Assembly (NCBI GenBank): GCA_965213705.1
Contig: OZ243913.1
Coordinates: forward strand, 2,080,001-2,144,000
Source of the DNA: Trueperaceae bacterium
GTDB lineage: Bacteria; Deinococcota; Deinococci; Deinococcales; Trueperaceae
Length of the DNA: 64,000 nt
Direction of reading: 5' to 3'
The position numbers were made by a program, and so were the translations under genes. A model generated the notes under the pieces. That model saw nothing but the letters and a program-made list of their open reading frames with translations, was not told where the DNA came from and searched no databases. Positions 9,023 to 17,205 of the stretch are shown one piece after another (the first letter of the stretch is position 1; each line of letters opens with the position of its first letter).

Positions 9023-10149
9023 GTGGTTCGCGCCCTTTGCGACTCGAGCGCCGCCGTAAAGACTTCGTGGCTCTGCGCCGCCTCCGCGGGCGTGACGCAG
9101 GTAAAAGGCTGTTTCATGCCGTCGCGGCCGTGCGCGACCTCGTCACAGAACGCCGCCCACATCTGCAAAATCGCGTCAGGAAAACCGAACTCGAAAATAC
9201 CGCCGGTGATGGTCGGGTAAGCGCTCTCGTAGCCGAGGTCTTGGTGTTGCCAGGCTTGCGCGCCGCCGCGGTACTCGAGCGTCTTCAGAGTTTTAGGATA
9301 CTTCGTCGAGTATTCCAGCGACGTTTCGGTGCCCGAAACCCGCAAAAACCAGGTGTTTGCCTCGCCCGGCGCGATGCGTTTGGTGTGGAGGAGGATGGGA
9401 AAGGTGGTGCCGTCGGCGGATACGTCCCCGGCAATCGTCGCGTTGTCCCAGGTCTCGCAGGGAACCGTTCCGCCCTTGCCATCGGGCCGCTCGAGGACGA
9501 TGTTCGAGAGCTGCGCGTACACGTTCTCAGGCTTCCAACCGAAGCGCAACGGGACGTGCAGCACGTGCATCCCGAGGTCGCCCATGCAGCCGTACGCGCC
9601 GTTGTAGGCAACCATCCGCTTCCAGTTAATGGGCTTGTCCTGGTTGAGGTCGCTGCTGTGCAAAAAGCCCGCCTCGACCTCGATGATGCGCCCGAAACGC
9701 CCCTCCCGAATCGCCTGGACGATTTTGAACGCCCCCGGATAAAACGGAAACTCCGACGAGCAACGCACGAGCACGTCGGGGTGCGCTGCAATCGCCTCGT
9801 TGATGCGCCGATTGGCTTCCAAGTCGATGCCAAAAGGCTTTTCGCCCAACAGGTGTTTGCCCGCTTCGATGATGTCGCAGTAAAGCTGCTCGTGCAAGTG
9901 GTGCGGCACCGCGCAGTAAACCGCGTCGACGTCGTCCCTTGCCAGCAGTTCGTGATAGTCGGTCGTCGCGGTGGTAACGCTCGGGACGTTTTTTTCGAAC
10001 CACGAAAGCGCTTCGGGGTTGCTGTCGCAGACCGCGGTGATAACCGGGCGCACGCCGATGTCTTCCAAGGCGAAAAAGCGCGCCGCCGCACTGGCGAACT
10101 CGCGGCCCATCAGCCCCAAACCGATGACGCCGAAGCGCAGGTCGCTCAC
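9019..10149 (-). CDS. Gfo/Idh/MocA family oxidoreductase
   Basis: GVIGLGLMG Rossmann motif, EKP, GCMGDLGMH. Confidence 0.92.
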   Translation of the reverse strand: MSDLRFGVIGLGLMGREFASAAARFFALEDIGVRPVITAVCDSNPEALSWFEKNVPSVTTATTDYHELLARDDVDAVYCAVPHHLHEQLYCDIIEAGKHLLGEKPFGIDLEANRRINEAIAAHPDVLVRCSSEFPFYPGAFKIVQAIREGRFGRIIEVEAGFLHSSDLNQDKPINWKRMVAYNGAYGCMGDLGMHVLHVPLRFGWKPENVYAQLSNIVLERPDGKGGTVPCETWDNATIAGDVSADGTTFPILLHTKRIAPGEANTWFLRVSGTETSLEYSTKYPKTLKTLEYRGGAQAWQHQDLGYESAYPTITGGIFEFGFPDAILQMWAAFCDEVAHGRDGMKQPFTCVTPAEAAQSHEVFTAALESQRARTT

Positions 10150-10982
10150 GCCTCACCCCGCAACAATTTCATTGCAGCCTCGGGTGTCGCGCCTTCGTGG
10201 ACGATTGCCATAAGCGCACCCGTCATGGCGGGTGGATTGTCGTGCTGGATGACGTTGCGGCCGTAGACGATGCCCTTCGCGCCCTGTTGCATGAGGGCAA
10301 AGGTGCGCTGCAAAATCTCCTCTTCGGACGCCTTGCCGCCGCCCCGCACCAGGACCGGCACGCGCCCGGCGACCTCGACGACCCGGTGATACTCCGTCAC
10401 GTCGGCGCAGGGGTCGGCCTTGACGACGTCGGCCCCGAGTTCGACCGCTTGGCGGACCAGCGGCAGGATTTTCTCCAGACTGCCGTCCACCATGTAACCG
10501 CCCTTGTCGTTGGCCTGCATCACCAGCGGCTCGACCATCAGCGGCATCCCGAAGTGTTCGGCCTGGGGTTTGAGGCGGCAGATGTTTTCGACGCATTGGG
10601 CGTGAACCTCGGGCTCGTCGGGCAGCAGGAACAGGTTGACGCACAAGCACGCCGCGTCGAGCCGGACCGCTTGCAGGGCGGCGTCTTGGATGATTTTGCT
10701 GAACAGGTAACGCGGTAACGCTTTGCCGTACACGTTAGCGACGTCGGTACGGAGCACGAGGGCGGGTTTGCTTTTGCCGGGCAAATGTTGTAGCAGAGAG
10801 GCTTGACCGACGCTGAGTTGCACCGCGTCGGGTCCGGCCTCGACGACGGCCTGCACCGCCCGCGACATGTCCTCGATGCCTTCCAAAAAGCCTGGCTCGC
10901 CGAAAAAGCCGTGGTCGATGGCGACGTCGAAACACTTGCCGTCCGTTCCGAACATGCGGTTGAGTCTGGCTGAAACGTTCAT
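10146..10982 (-). CDS. Class I (DhnA/LsrF-type) aldolase family protein
   Basis: AIDHG, ELGADVVKAD, RGG and YGRNVIQH motifs; GGAGG RBS before ATG at 10982. Confidence 0.88.
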   Translation of the reverse strand: MNVSARLNRMFGTDGKCFDVAIDHGFFGEPGFLEGIEDMSRAVQAVVEAGPDAVQLSVGQASLLQHLPGKSKPALVLRTDVANVYGKALPRYLFSKIIQDAALQAVRLDAACLCVNLFLLPDEPEVHAQCVENICRLKPQAEHFGMPLMVEPLVMQANDKGGYMVDGSLEKILPLVRQAVELGADVVKADPCADVTEYHRVVEVAGRVPVLVRGGGKASEEEILQRTFALMQQGAKGIVYGRNVIQHDNPPAMTGALMAIVHEGATPEAAMKLLRGEA

Positions 10983-11059
10983 CTTCCTCCAAAACGGGCC
11001 GTACCGTGTGGACGTTTGCGCGGTCCGTGGGCCTTGGCGGCGCGGGTTGCTTTTCTTTT

Positions 11060-11851
11060 CTAAGGCGAGTCTAACTTGATAAGCGCCCAGTGGCTGCCCC
11101 GCTGCAGGCCGTCGCGGCGGTGCGAGTAAAAACGCGTGGCGTCGCAGTGGGTGCAGGCCGCCAGGTCGAAGATGTTGGCGGCCGGCACGCCCGCCTGGGT
11201 GAGCGCGTAACGGTTCGCCGCCCCGATGTCCAGGCGGTAGCGCGCGGCGGCGTCGGGAGCGGCGTCGGGAGCGGCGTCGGGCGGGGCGTCGGGAGTAAAA
11301 ACAGTTTCGGGAAAGCCTTGCTCGTCGAACAGCGCCTTGACCTCCGGCCCCACCTGGTAGCACGGTCCCGCGATGCTCGGCCCGAAGGCCACGCGCAGGT
11401 CTACGGGGCTCGAGCCGTACTGTTCGGTCAACGCAGTGACGACGTTGCGGGCGACGCCCTGCACCGTGCCGCGCCAGCCCGCGTGGGCCGCGGCGACGAC
11501 GCGCCGCACCGGGTCGTGAAAAAGGAGCGGCGCGCAGTCGGCCACGCTTGTCACGAGGAGCAAACCGGGGTCGTCGGTGACGGCGGCGTCCGCCTCTCGT
11601 TCGAACCAGCCCGGCTCGGCCGTCACGACGCGCGCCCCGTGAACTTGCTGCAGCGCGCACACCTGCGACCTTGGCACGCCGAAGTGCGCCAGCACGCGCT
11701 CCCGGTTTTGCGCCACCCGCTCGGGACTGTCGCCCGTGCTGAGGCCCAAGTTGAGGCTGGCGTAGTGTCCCGCGCTCACGCCGCCCGCCTTGGTGGTGAA
11801 ACCGTGCGGCACGGCCAGGTTGGGCGCGGTGAGGGGCTCGAGCACGTTCAT
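11060..11851 (-). CDS. pgeF: Peptidoglycan editing factor PgeF (YfiH family)
   Basis: HGFTTKAGGVS, SLNLG, QVHG, ADCAP, HAGWRG, YSHRRD motifs. Confidence 0.92.
   Translation of the reverse strand: MNVLEPLTAPNLAVPHGFTTKAGGVSAGHYASLNLGLSTGDSPERVAQNRERVLAHFGVPRSQVCALQQVHGARVVTAEPGWFEREADAAVTDDPGLLLVTSVADCAPLLFHDPVRRVVAAAHAGWRGTVQGVARNVVTALTEQYGSSPVDLRVAFGPSIAGPCYQVGPEVKALFDEQGFPETVFTPDAPPDAAPDAAPDAAARYRLDIGAANRYALTQAGVPAANIFDLAACTHCDATRFYSHRRDGLQRGSHWALIKLDSP
11245..11292. repeat. In-frame 12-bp tandem repeat inside pgeF (PDAP/PDAA x4)
   Basis: GCGGCGTCGGGA twice plus two variants. Confidence 0.8.
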
Positions 11852-12027
11852 CCGGTCGGGCACGTTGTTTCGCCTGCCCGAATCGCCACCGCCAGACGGT
11901 TCTCGGCGGGCGGCAAGGGGCAGCGGTAGCGCCCTGAACGGGCGCAGGCCGGCGCGGCATAGCCGGGTCTGACGTAGGTTCTGACACGGGTTCTGAAGTA
12001 GAGTCTGCGTTGACGAAAAAGGTTCAT
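11848..12027 (-). CDS. 59-aa ORF resembling the DUF1684 C-terminus, coupled to pgeF
   Basis: MNLFRQRR...CARSGRYRCPLPPAENRLAVAIRAGE; TAAATT 6 nt before ATG; ATGA overlap with pgeF. Confidence 0.6.
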   Translation of the reverse strand: MNLFRQRRLYFRTRVRTYVRPGYAAPACARSGRYRCPLPPAENRLAVAIRAGETTCPTG

Positions 12028-12091
12028 ACGCTCAATTTAACCTCGCGAGTAGCGGTTAAGGGTTTGTGGTTTTTCTGTAAACCTCGACCCC

Positions 12092-13099
12092 TCAGTAGTT
12101 TCGTTCCTTCACGCGCAAACCGGGCAAGTTCAGCAGCCACTCGGTCACGCCGTGAACCGCGCCGCGTACCGGTTTGGTGATGATGGGGTCGCCGAAGCTC
12201 TCCAAGCGCACGATGAGTTCGTCGCCCTCGCGGCGTTTGACCACGACGAGAAGTTGTTGCTTCAAGTCGGGCTCGTCGACGGTTGCCCGCACGAGCCACT
12301 TTTCGCCCGGAGAGTCGTCGCCGCCCAAACTGCGCGCGACTTCGTGCAGGATGACGTGGCCGCCGCCGTAGGGCAGCACCTGTTTTTCAAAGTGGACGTC
12401 CCGCGGCAAAGAGCCTTCGAGGAGGGCGTGCGGCATTGTGACCGGCCTTTCTAAGATAGAGAACTCGGGTGTCTTTGCGCCGTTGTAAGTAAATACCCGG
12501 TAGTACAGCGGTTTGCCCTGACTTTTCCACTTGAGGGCGTACTTCGTTTCGAACACGGCGGCGGGCGGCTCGGCCTCGTGGGACGTAAACAAACTCGAAG
12601 CTTCGGCCTCTTGCACGGCGAAGGCCAGGTAGTCCGGGTGGTCGGTCGCGAGCTTTACCGTTCCCCCGGGTAAAAGCCGGCTCGCCGCCAGCTCGAAAAA
12701 AGAGCGTTGCAACAGGCGGTTTTTAGTGTGCCGCTCTTTGGGCCAGGGGTCCGGAAAGTTGACGGTGACGGAACTCAGGCTGTGCGGGGCGAACAAGTTC
12801 CTAACCGCGAAGTTCGCGCCGACTTTGAGCAGCGCGACGTTGGTCACGCCCGCGCGCCTGACCTTCGCCACCGCCCGCTGGACGCTGGCGCTGGAAATTT
12901 CCAGGCCGACAAAGCCTGAGCCGGGCTCCTCTACCGCGCGGCGCACCGTGTAACGCCCGTCGCCGAAGCCGATTTCCAGGTGAAGGGGCGCGTTCCCAAA
13001 GACCCCCGGCCAAGCGATGGGAAACGCCGCACGACGCCACGGCAGCAGCGAAGGCGCGCGCGCCGGATTGCTCGAAACCTCGTCCCGGAGCTGACTCAT
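12092..13099 (-). CDS. trmB: tRNA (guanine-N7)-methyltransferase
   Basis: LEIGFGDG, NFPDPWPK, ATD and TKY motifs; ATGA overlap with the upstream gene. Confidence 0.93.
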   Translation of the reverse strand: MSQLRDEVSSNPARAPSLLPWRRAAFPIAWPGVFGNAPLHLEIGFGDGRYTVRRAVEEPGSGFVGLEISSASVQRAVAKVRRAGVTNVALLKVGANFAVRNLFAPHSLSSVTVNFPDPWPKERHTKNRLLQRSFFELAASRLLPGGTVKLATDHPDYLAFAVQEAEASSLFTSHEAEPPAAVFETKYALKWKSQGKPLYYRVFTYNGAKTPEFSILERPVTMPHALLEGSLPRDVHFEKQVLPYGGGHVILHEVARSLGGDDSPGEKWLVRATVDEPDLKQQLLVVVKRREGDELIVRLESFGDPIITKPVRGAVHGVTEWLLNLPGLRVKERNY

Positions 13100-13725
13100 A
13101 AGGCCCCCCAAGGCTTGACGAGGAGCGTCGCGTTGACGGCCAGGCTCGAGCCGAACAGCGTTTCGCGTGAAACCAGCAAGTAAGGCCCGGCCCCGGCGAC
13201 GGCCTGCACCTTAAAGACGTCGACGTGTCCGTCCGCACGGCGGCAAGCGACCTGGGCGGGCGCGTAGCCGAGCGCGCGCTCCCAGCTGGTGTAGATGTTT
13301 GTGTCCAAACCTACGACACCGGCGGGTAGACGCTCGCGGCTGAACTGCGTCACGAGCCGAGCGGTGCGCGGCTTGACCCCGGAACCCTCCGCCCCCACCG
13401 CTTTAAAGTCCGCGGCGCTGTGCCGAGTTTCGTCAAAACGCCGCGTCGCCTCGAACAACAAGTTTTCGGTCGATATCGTCACGGACACCTGCGGCGCGGT
13501 CTGCCCCACGTAAAACTCGAAGCTGCCGCGCTCGTCGGCGAACAGCGCGTAGACGGCCGCCTCGCCGACCTCTTCCCCAAAGTCCGCGTGAACCACACGG
13601 CCCTTGTCGAAAAAAATACGCGCGTTGCCCTCGGGATGGGCGATGTTCAGGCGGCCGCTGCGCGCCGACGCGGCCAAAAGCTGAAACAGGTCGACCAACG
13701 AAAACAAGCCAAGTGTCCCGGTCAC
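13096..13725 (-). CDS. DUF4388 (PatA_N-like) domain protein
   Basis: GTLGLFSLVDLFQLL...SGRL...GRVVHA...ENLLFEATRRFDE; TAAACT 7 nt before GTG at 13725. Confidence 0.85.
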   Translation of the reverse strand: MTGTLGLFSLVDLFQLLAASARSGRLNIAHPEGNARIFFDKGRVVHADFGEEVGEAAVYALFADERGSFEFYVGQTAPQVSVTISTENLLFEATRRFDETRHSAADFKAVGAEGSGVKPRTARLVTQFSRERLPAGVVGLDTNIYTSWERALGYAPAQVACRRADGHVDVFKVQAVAGAGPYLLVSRETLFGSSLAVNATLLVKPWGAL

Positions 13726-13888
13726 AGCCCTAAGTTTAACGGCAAAAGCCCGGAGCCGTCGTTGCGGGGTTGAACAGAACCGAAAGGGCGTCGGGAGTCG
13801 ACCCAGCTGTTGGGTCGAAAAGACCGAATTGAAAGGGCTGGGTGGGCAAGCCACGCAAAAGGAACCACGCGACAAGGCCTGCGCAAAA

Positions 13889-13944
13889 GAGGCTGCACAA
13901 GAGAGGCTGCACAAGAGAGGCGGCGTGAAAGAGGTTGCGCGGAA
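13889..13944. repeat. Intergenic 14-bp tandem repeat, four units
   Basis: GAGGCTGCACAAGA x2, GAGGCGGCGTGAAA, GAGGTTGCGCGGAA. Confidence 0.75.
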
Positions 13945-14007
13945 CGCGCCGTAGCGTGACGCTTTCGCCCGAACCGTCGGGTTGCCGCACGTTTTACTGT
14001 GGAGGCA

Positions 14008-15009
14008 TTATTGTGGAGGCTCGAGCGCGACCGTCGCGCGCACGAAGGTCTCGCGGTCCGGCGTCTCTGCGAGGGCCAGCAAGCCCGGATAACCGTCAAG
14101 TGCGGCTTCTGGCGCGAAGCGGCGGTTGGCGACGAGGCTCGAGCGCCCCCGCGCCGAGAGGTCCCACAGGTCGCCGACGAGCATCGGGTTGACGCCGTAG
14201 CGCAAGTTCAGCCGGTCTTGAAGACCGGCGCGCAACCCGTGGCGCAGCCACGCCTCGCCCTCGCTCAGCGCGGGGTCGCCCGGCCAGGGCCGCTCCCAAG
14301 GGGCGTGGTTGGCGCTCGGCTGGACGACGACGTGCGCGCCTGAGCCGTCGAGCTTGTCTATCACCGAACTGTAAAACCCGTCCAGACAGAGCGCCACGCC
14401 GACCCTGCCGACCGGTGTTTCTATAGCGTGGAGGTCGCCGAGCCGCCCCCGCGCCAAGCCCGAACCCGTTTCCGCGCCGGGGTTGAGGTAAACCTTGTGC
14501 GTCCGGCCCAACACCGTGCCCGTTGGACCAAAGGTGAAAGCGGTGTTGTGAACCTGCTTGTCGGCGACGTGAAGCCCGCGTTTGACTTCGTTTTCAAGGT
14601 GCGGCAAAAAGCTCGAGCCCGCAACGACGGTGACTTGGTGCGTCCGCGCCGCCTCGGCAAAGGCGTCGTGATAGGCGCGGTAGGCGGGCACTGCGCGCCA
14701 CAGGTACAGCGTCTTGAGGCTCAAGGTGTGGTTGCGCCAAGCAGCGCTCAACACCTCGCGCGGGCGGGCTCGAGCCAGCGCGAACGCGGCCCCGAACACG
14801 CCGGTTGCGTCTTTCGTCGTCGAGTAAGCGTCCAAACCGAGCAGCAGCGGAAAACCGATCATTTCGGGGAACGCTACCAGTGTCGGCACTTCCGGCAAGC
14901 CCGCGACGGCCTCTTCGGTAAGGGTCAAGATTTTCTGCCGAAAGGTCTCGGCACTTTGGTAGTGCTCCAAGTACATTTCGGCCTGCACCGCGACGAGGTT
15001 GATAGCCAA
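14008..15009 (-). CDS. Nitrilase/carbon-nitrogen hydrolase family protein
   Basis: Glu-Lys-Cys triad context: FPE, HKVYL, LCLDGF. Confidence 0.85.
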   Translation of the reverse strand: MAINLVAVQAEMYLEHYQSAETFRQKILTLTEEAVAGLPEVPTLVAFPEMIGFPLLLGLDAYSTTKDATGVFGAAFALARARPREVLSAAWRNHTLSLKTLYLWRAVPAYRAYHDAFAEAARTHQVTVVAGSSFLPHLENEVKRGLHVADKQVHNTAFTFGPTGTVLGRTHKVYLNPGAETGSGLARGRLGDLHAIETPVGRVGVALCLDGFYSSVIDKLDGSGAHVVVQPSANHAPWERPWPGDPALSEGEAWLRHGLRAGLQDRLNLRYGVNPMLVGDLWDLSARGRSSLVANRRFAPEAALDGYPGLLALAETPDRETFVRATVALEPPQ

Positions 15010-15173
15010 TTTACCGCCGCCCCTCCGCAGACACGCTGCGCACTAAAAACATCGCTTCGGCGTCAGCTGCGGTTGAGAATATTATACGGATTTCGGTAGT
15101 ACAGTTCGTAAACCTTAGAAGAGTTGTTCGCTTCTTTGTCGCTAGTCCGTATTCTTTTCTTCTCGCTCTGCTC

Positions 15174-15200
15174 GCGTTTAATTCCAAGGGAATTAAACGC
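15174..15200. terminator. Hairpin downstream of the PIN toxin gene
   Basis: GCGTTTAATTCC-AAG-GGAATTAAACGC; no clear U-tract. Confidence 0.5.
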
Positions 15201-15215
15201 AAAGGGTATTACCTT

Positions 15216-15581
15216 TCAGCTTATAGGCAAGTTCCGAAGTCTGACACGTTTGTCCTCTATTACGAGAATTGCGCCCGTCACTAGGTCTTCTCGGGCGGCG
15301 TGAAGCGCTTTGAGCAACCTCGGCCCGACCGTTCCAACTCGCAAGGAGGTGGTGCGTAACAGTATGACGCTGGGCTTGCCCTGACGACTGTAGGCCAACA
15401 AAGTGCCGAAGTCTTGGTCGTGCGTGAGGACGACGTAATCTTCGCGCTCGGCATAACGCATGATGGTAGGGTCCGGCGCGTCGACCGCGCCTACCTCCGA
15501 CCAGCGTATCGCCTCGAGCCCGTCAGAGGTCAGCAGTGTGACCCAGCGCGGTGACAAGTTCACATCGACGAGCAGCTTCAC
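15216..15581 (-). CDS. DUF5615 family PIN-like toxin (VapC45-like)
   Basis: KLLVDVNLSP, DPTI, LTHDQDFG; directly downstream of a DUF433 gene. Alternative start at 15590. Confidence 0.88.
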   Translation of the reverse strand: MKLLVDVNLSPRWVTLLTSDGLEAIRWSEVGAVDAPDPTIMRYAEREDYVVLTHDQDFGTLLAYSRQGKPSVILLRTTSLRVGTVGPRLLKALHAAREDLVTGAILVIEDKRVRLRNLPIS

Positions 15582-15594
15582 GCCTCGCACTTAG

Positions 15595-15816
15595 TCACGC
15601 CACGTAAATGTCGCGCTCCTCAGCGAGGTAAGCAGCGTAAACCAAAGCCGCCTCGACGTCTTCGGCCTCGAGTTCCGGGTAATCGCTGACAATCTCGGTG
15701 GGACTATGGTCGCGCAGCAAAGTCAGGACCGTGCTCACGGTGATTCTTAGCCCCCGAATGCACGCCTTTCCGCCCATCACGAGCGGGTCGAAAGTAATGC
15801 GTTTCAAAAGCTCCAT
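15595..15816 (-). CDS. DUF433 family antitoxin (VapB45-like)
   Basis: RITFDPLVMGGKACIRGLRITV...DYPELEAEDV; TAAGAT 6 nt before ATG. Confidence 0.92.
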   Translation of the reverse strand: MELLKRITFDPLVMGGKACIRGLRITVSTVLTLLRDHSPTEIVSDYPELEAEDVEAALVYAAYLAEERDIYVA

Positions 15817-15865
15817 AACCTCATCTTAGCAGGCGTCGGGGTATTCGAGTCACGTTCCGGTACGT

Positions 15866-16408
15866 TCACCTGCCGCGCGAGACGTGCCGGCTGGCGGCGT
15901 CGAAAAAGCGCAGCGGCGCGTCTTTCCAGGTTTCTGCGTAGTCCACGCCGACGCGCGGCGTCACGGTGACGGTTTGGGGCGCGGGGCCGCGCTCGAGCCA
16001 CAACTCCGGCCCGAACAGCTCCGCGCCGTTCAGCGCGCGCGTAATACCCAGGGTTTTGGTCAGTCGGCCGGGGCCGTCGGTGCGGCCTTCAACGGCGCTC
16101 ACGGGCTCGACCGCGCGAATCAGCACCGCTTGCGCCTCGTTTTCCTTACCCGTCACCACGTTGAGCAGGTCATACATGCCGTAAATAAGGTAGATGTAGG
16201 CGTGCCCGGCGGGGCCGAACATCGTTTCGGTTCGTTTGGTGTGGCCCTTGGCGGCGTGACAGGCGAGGTCGTGCTCGCCGACGTAGGCCTCGGTCTCGAC
16301 GACGCGCGTGCGCTTGAGCGTGTTTTCCGTCTTGACCAGCAAGTAGCAGCCGAGCAGGTCGCGGGCTACGGTTTCGGCGTCTCGAGCGTAAAAGTCCCGT
16401 TTCAGCAC
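15866..16408 (-). CDS. mpg: DNA-3-methyladenine glycosylase (MPG family)
   Basis: VETEAY, YIYLIYGM, AVLIRA, GPGRL, TPRVGV; AAGGAG RBS before GTG at 16408. Confidence 0.92.
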   Translation of the reverse strand: MLKRDFYARDAETVARDLLGCYLLVKTENTLKRTRVVETEAYVGEHDLACHAAKGHTKRTETMFGPAGHAYIYLIYGMYDLLNVVTGKENEAQAVLIRAVEPVSAVEGRTDGPGRLTKTLGITRALNGAELFGPELWLERGPAPQTVTVTPRVGVDYAETWKDAPLRFFDAASRHVSRGR

Positions 16409-16598
16409 CTGTTTTTTACTCCTTTGCAACTCGGCGCGCTCGGGCCGAAGCTCGTGTTCGCGGCTCGAGACGCGCCACCGAACCCGACGCCCCTTCTCGC
16501 CGGTTGCCCGTGGTAACCGCCGTCTCGCCGAACTCGGCTTTCGACACGCGTCCAGTTTAAACCGTCTCCCGTCATGTAGGCGCGTTAGACTGTGGTTC

Positions 16599-17195
16599 AT
16601 GAACATCGGCGTGGTGCTGTTTCACGAGGTCAACGAACTCGACGTGGTCGGCCCTTACGCGGTGCTGGACACCGCGAGGGTGTTGCTGGTCGAGGCCGAC
16701 GCGGACGGGTTCGACCTCTTTACCGTGGCAAAGTCGCGGAACTCGGTCCAAACCTCGGCGGCCATGACCGTTACGCCGAGTTGGGCCTTTGCCAGCGCGC
16801 CGCCTTTCGACGTGCTCGTCGTTCCCGGCGGGCGCGGAGTGGAGGGGGCGCTGAAAGACAAGCCCCTGCGCCACTACCTGCAAGCGCAGCGTCCGACCCT
16901 CAAAATTCTAGCGAGCGTGTCCGGTGGCGCGCTGCTTTTGGGCGCACTCGGTTACCTGAAAGACCAGGTGGTCACCACGCACCCCGACCTTTTTGGGCGC
17001 GTCGAGGACTACGAAGTGCTGCGGGTTTCCAAAGACCGCGTCGTTAAAAACGAGAGCGGGGTGTGGTGCGCGGGCGGCGGGGCGGCGGGCTTGGAGCTAG
17101 CTTTGGAGCTTGTCCGGCACCTCTACGACGACGCGCTCGCCAAACGGGTGGCGCGTCATCTCGACATCGTCTCGGTGCAGCCCGGTCTTTTTTAG
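16599..17195 (+). CDS. DJ-1/PfpI family protein
   Basis: ELDVVGP, VVPGG, ASVSGGALLLG, TTH; TAGACT 7 nt before ATG. Confidence 0.88.
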   Translation: MNIGVVLFHEVNELDVVGPYAVLDTARVLLVEADADGFDLFTVAKSRNSVQTSAAMTVTPSWAFASAPPFDVLVVPGGRGVEGALKDKPLRHYLQAQRPTLKILASVSGGALLLGALGYLKDQVVTTHPDLFGRVEDYEVLRVSKDRVVKNESGVWCAGGGAAGLELALELVRHLYDDALAKRVARHLDIVSVQPGLF

Positions 17196-17205
17196 GAAAC
17201 ACGTC

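Noticed and set aside
10146..11987. 613-aa aldolase with a long N-terminal extension
   Set aside because: The extension overlaps pgeF in another frame; the RBS-supported start is at 10982.
12092..12440. Novel domain fused to TrmB
   Set aside because: To my knowledge C-terminally extended TrmB is usual in Deinococcota.
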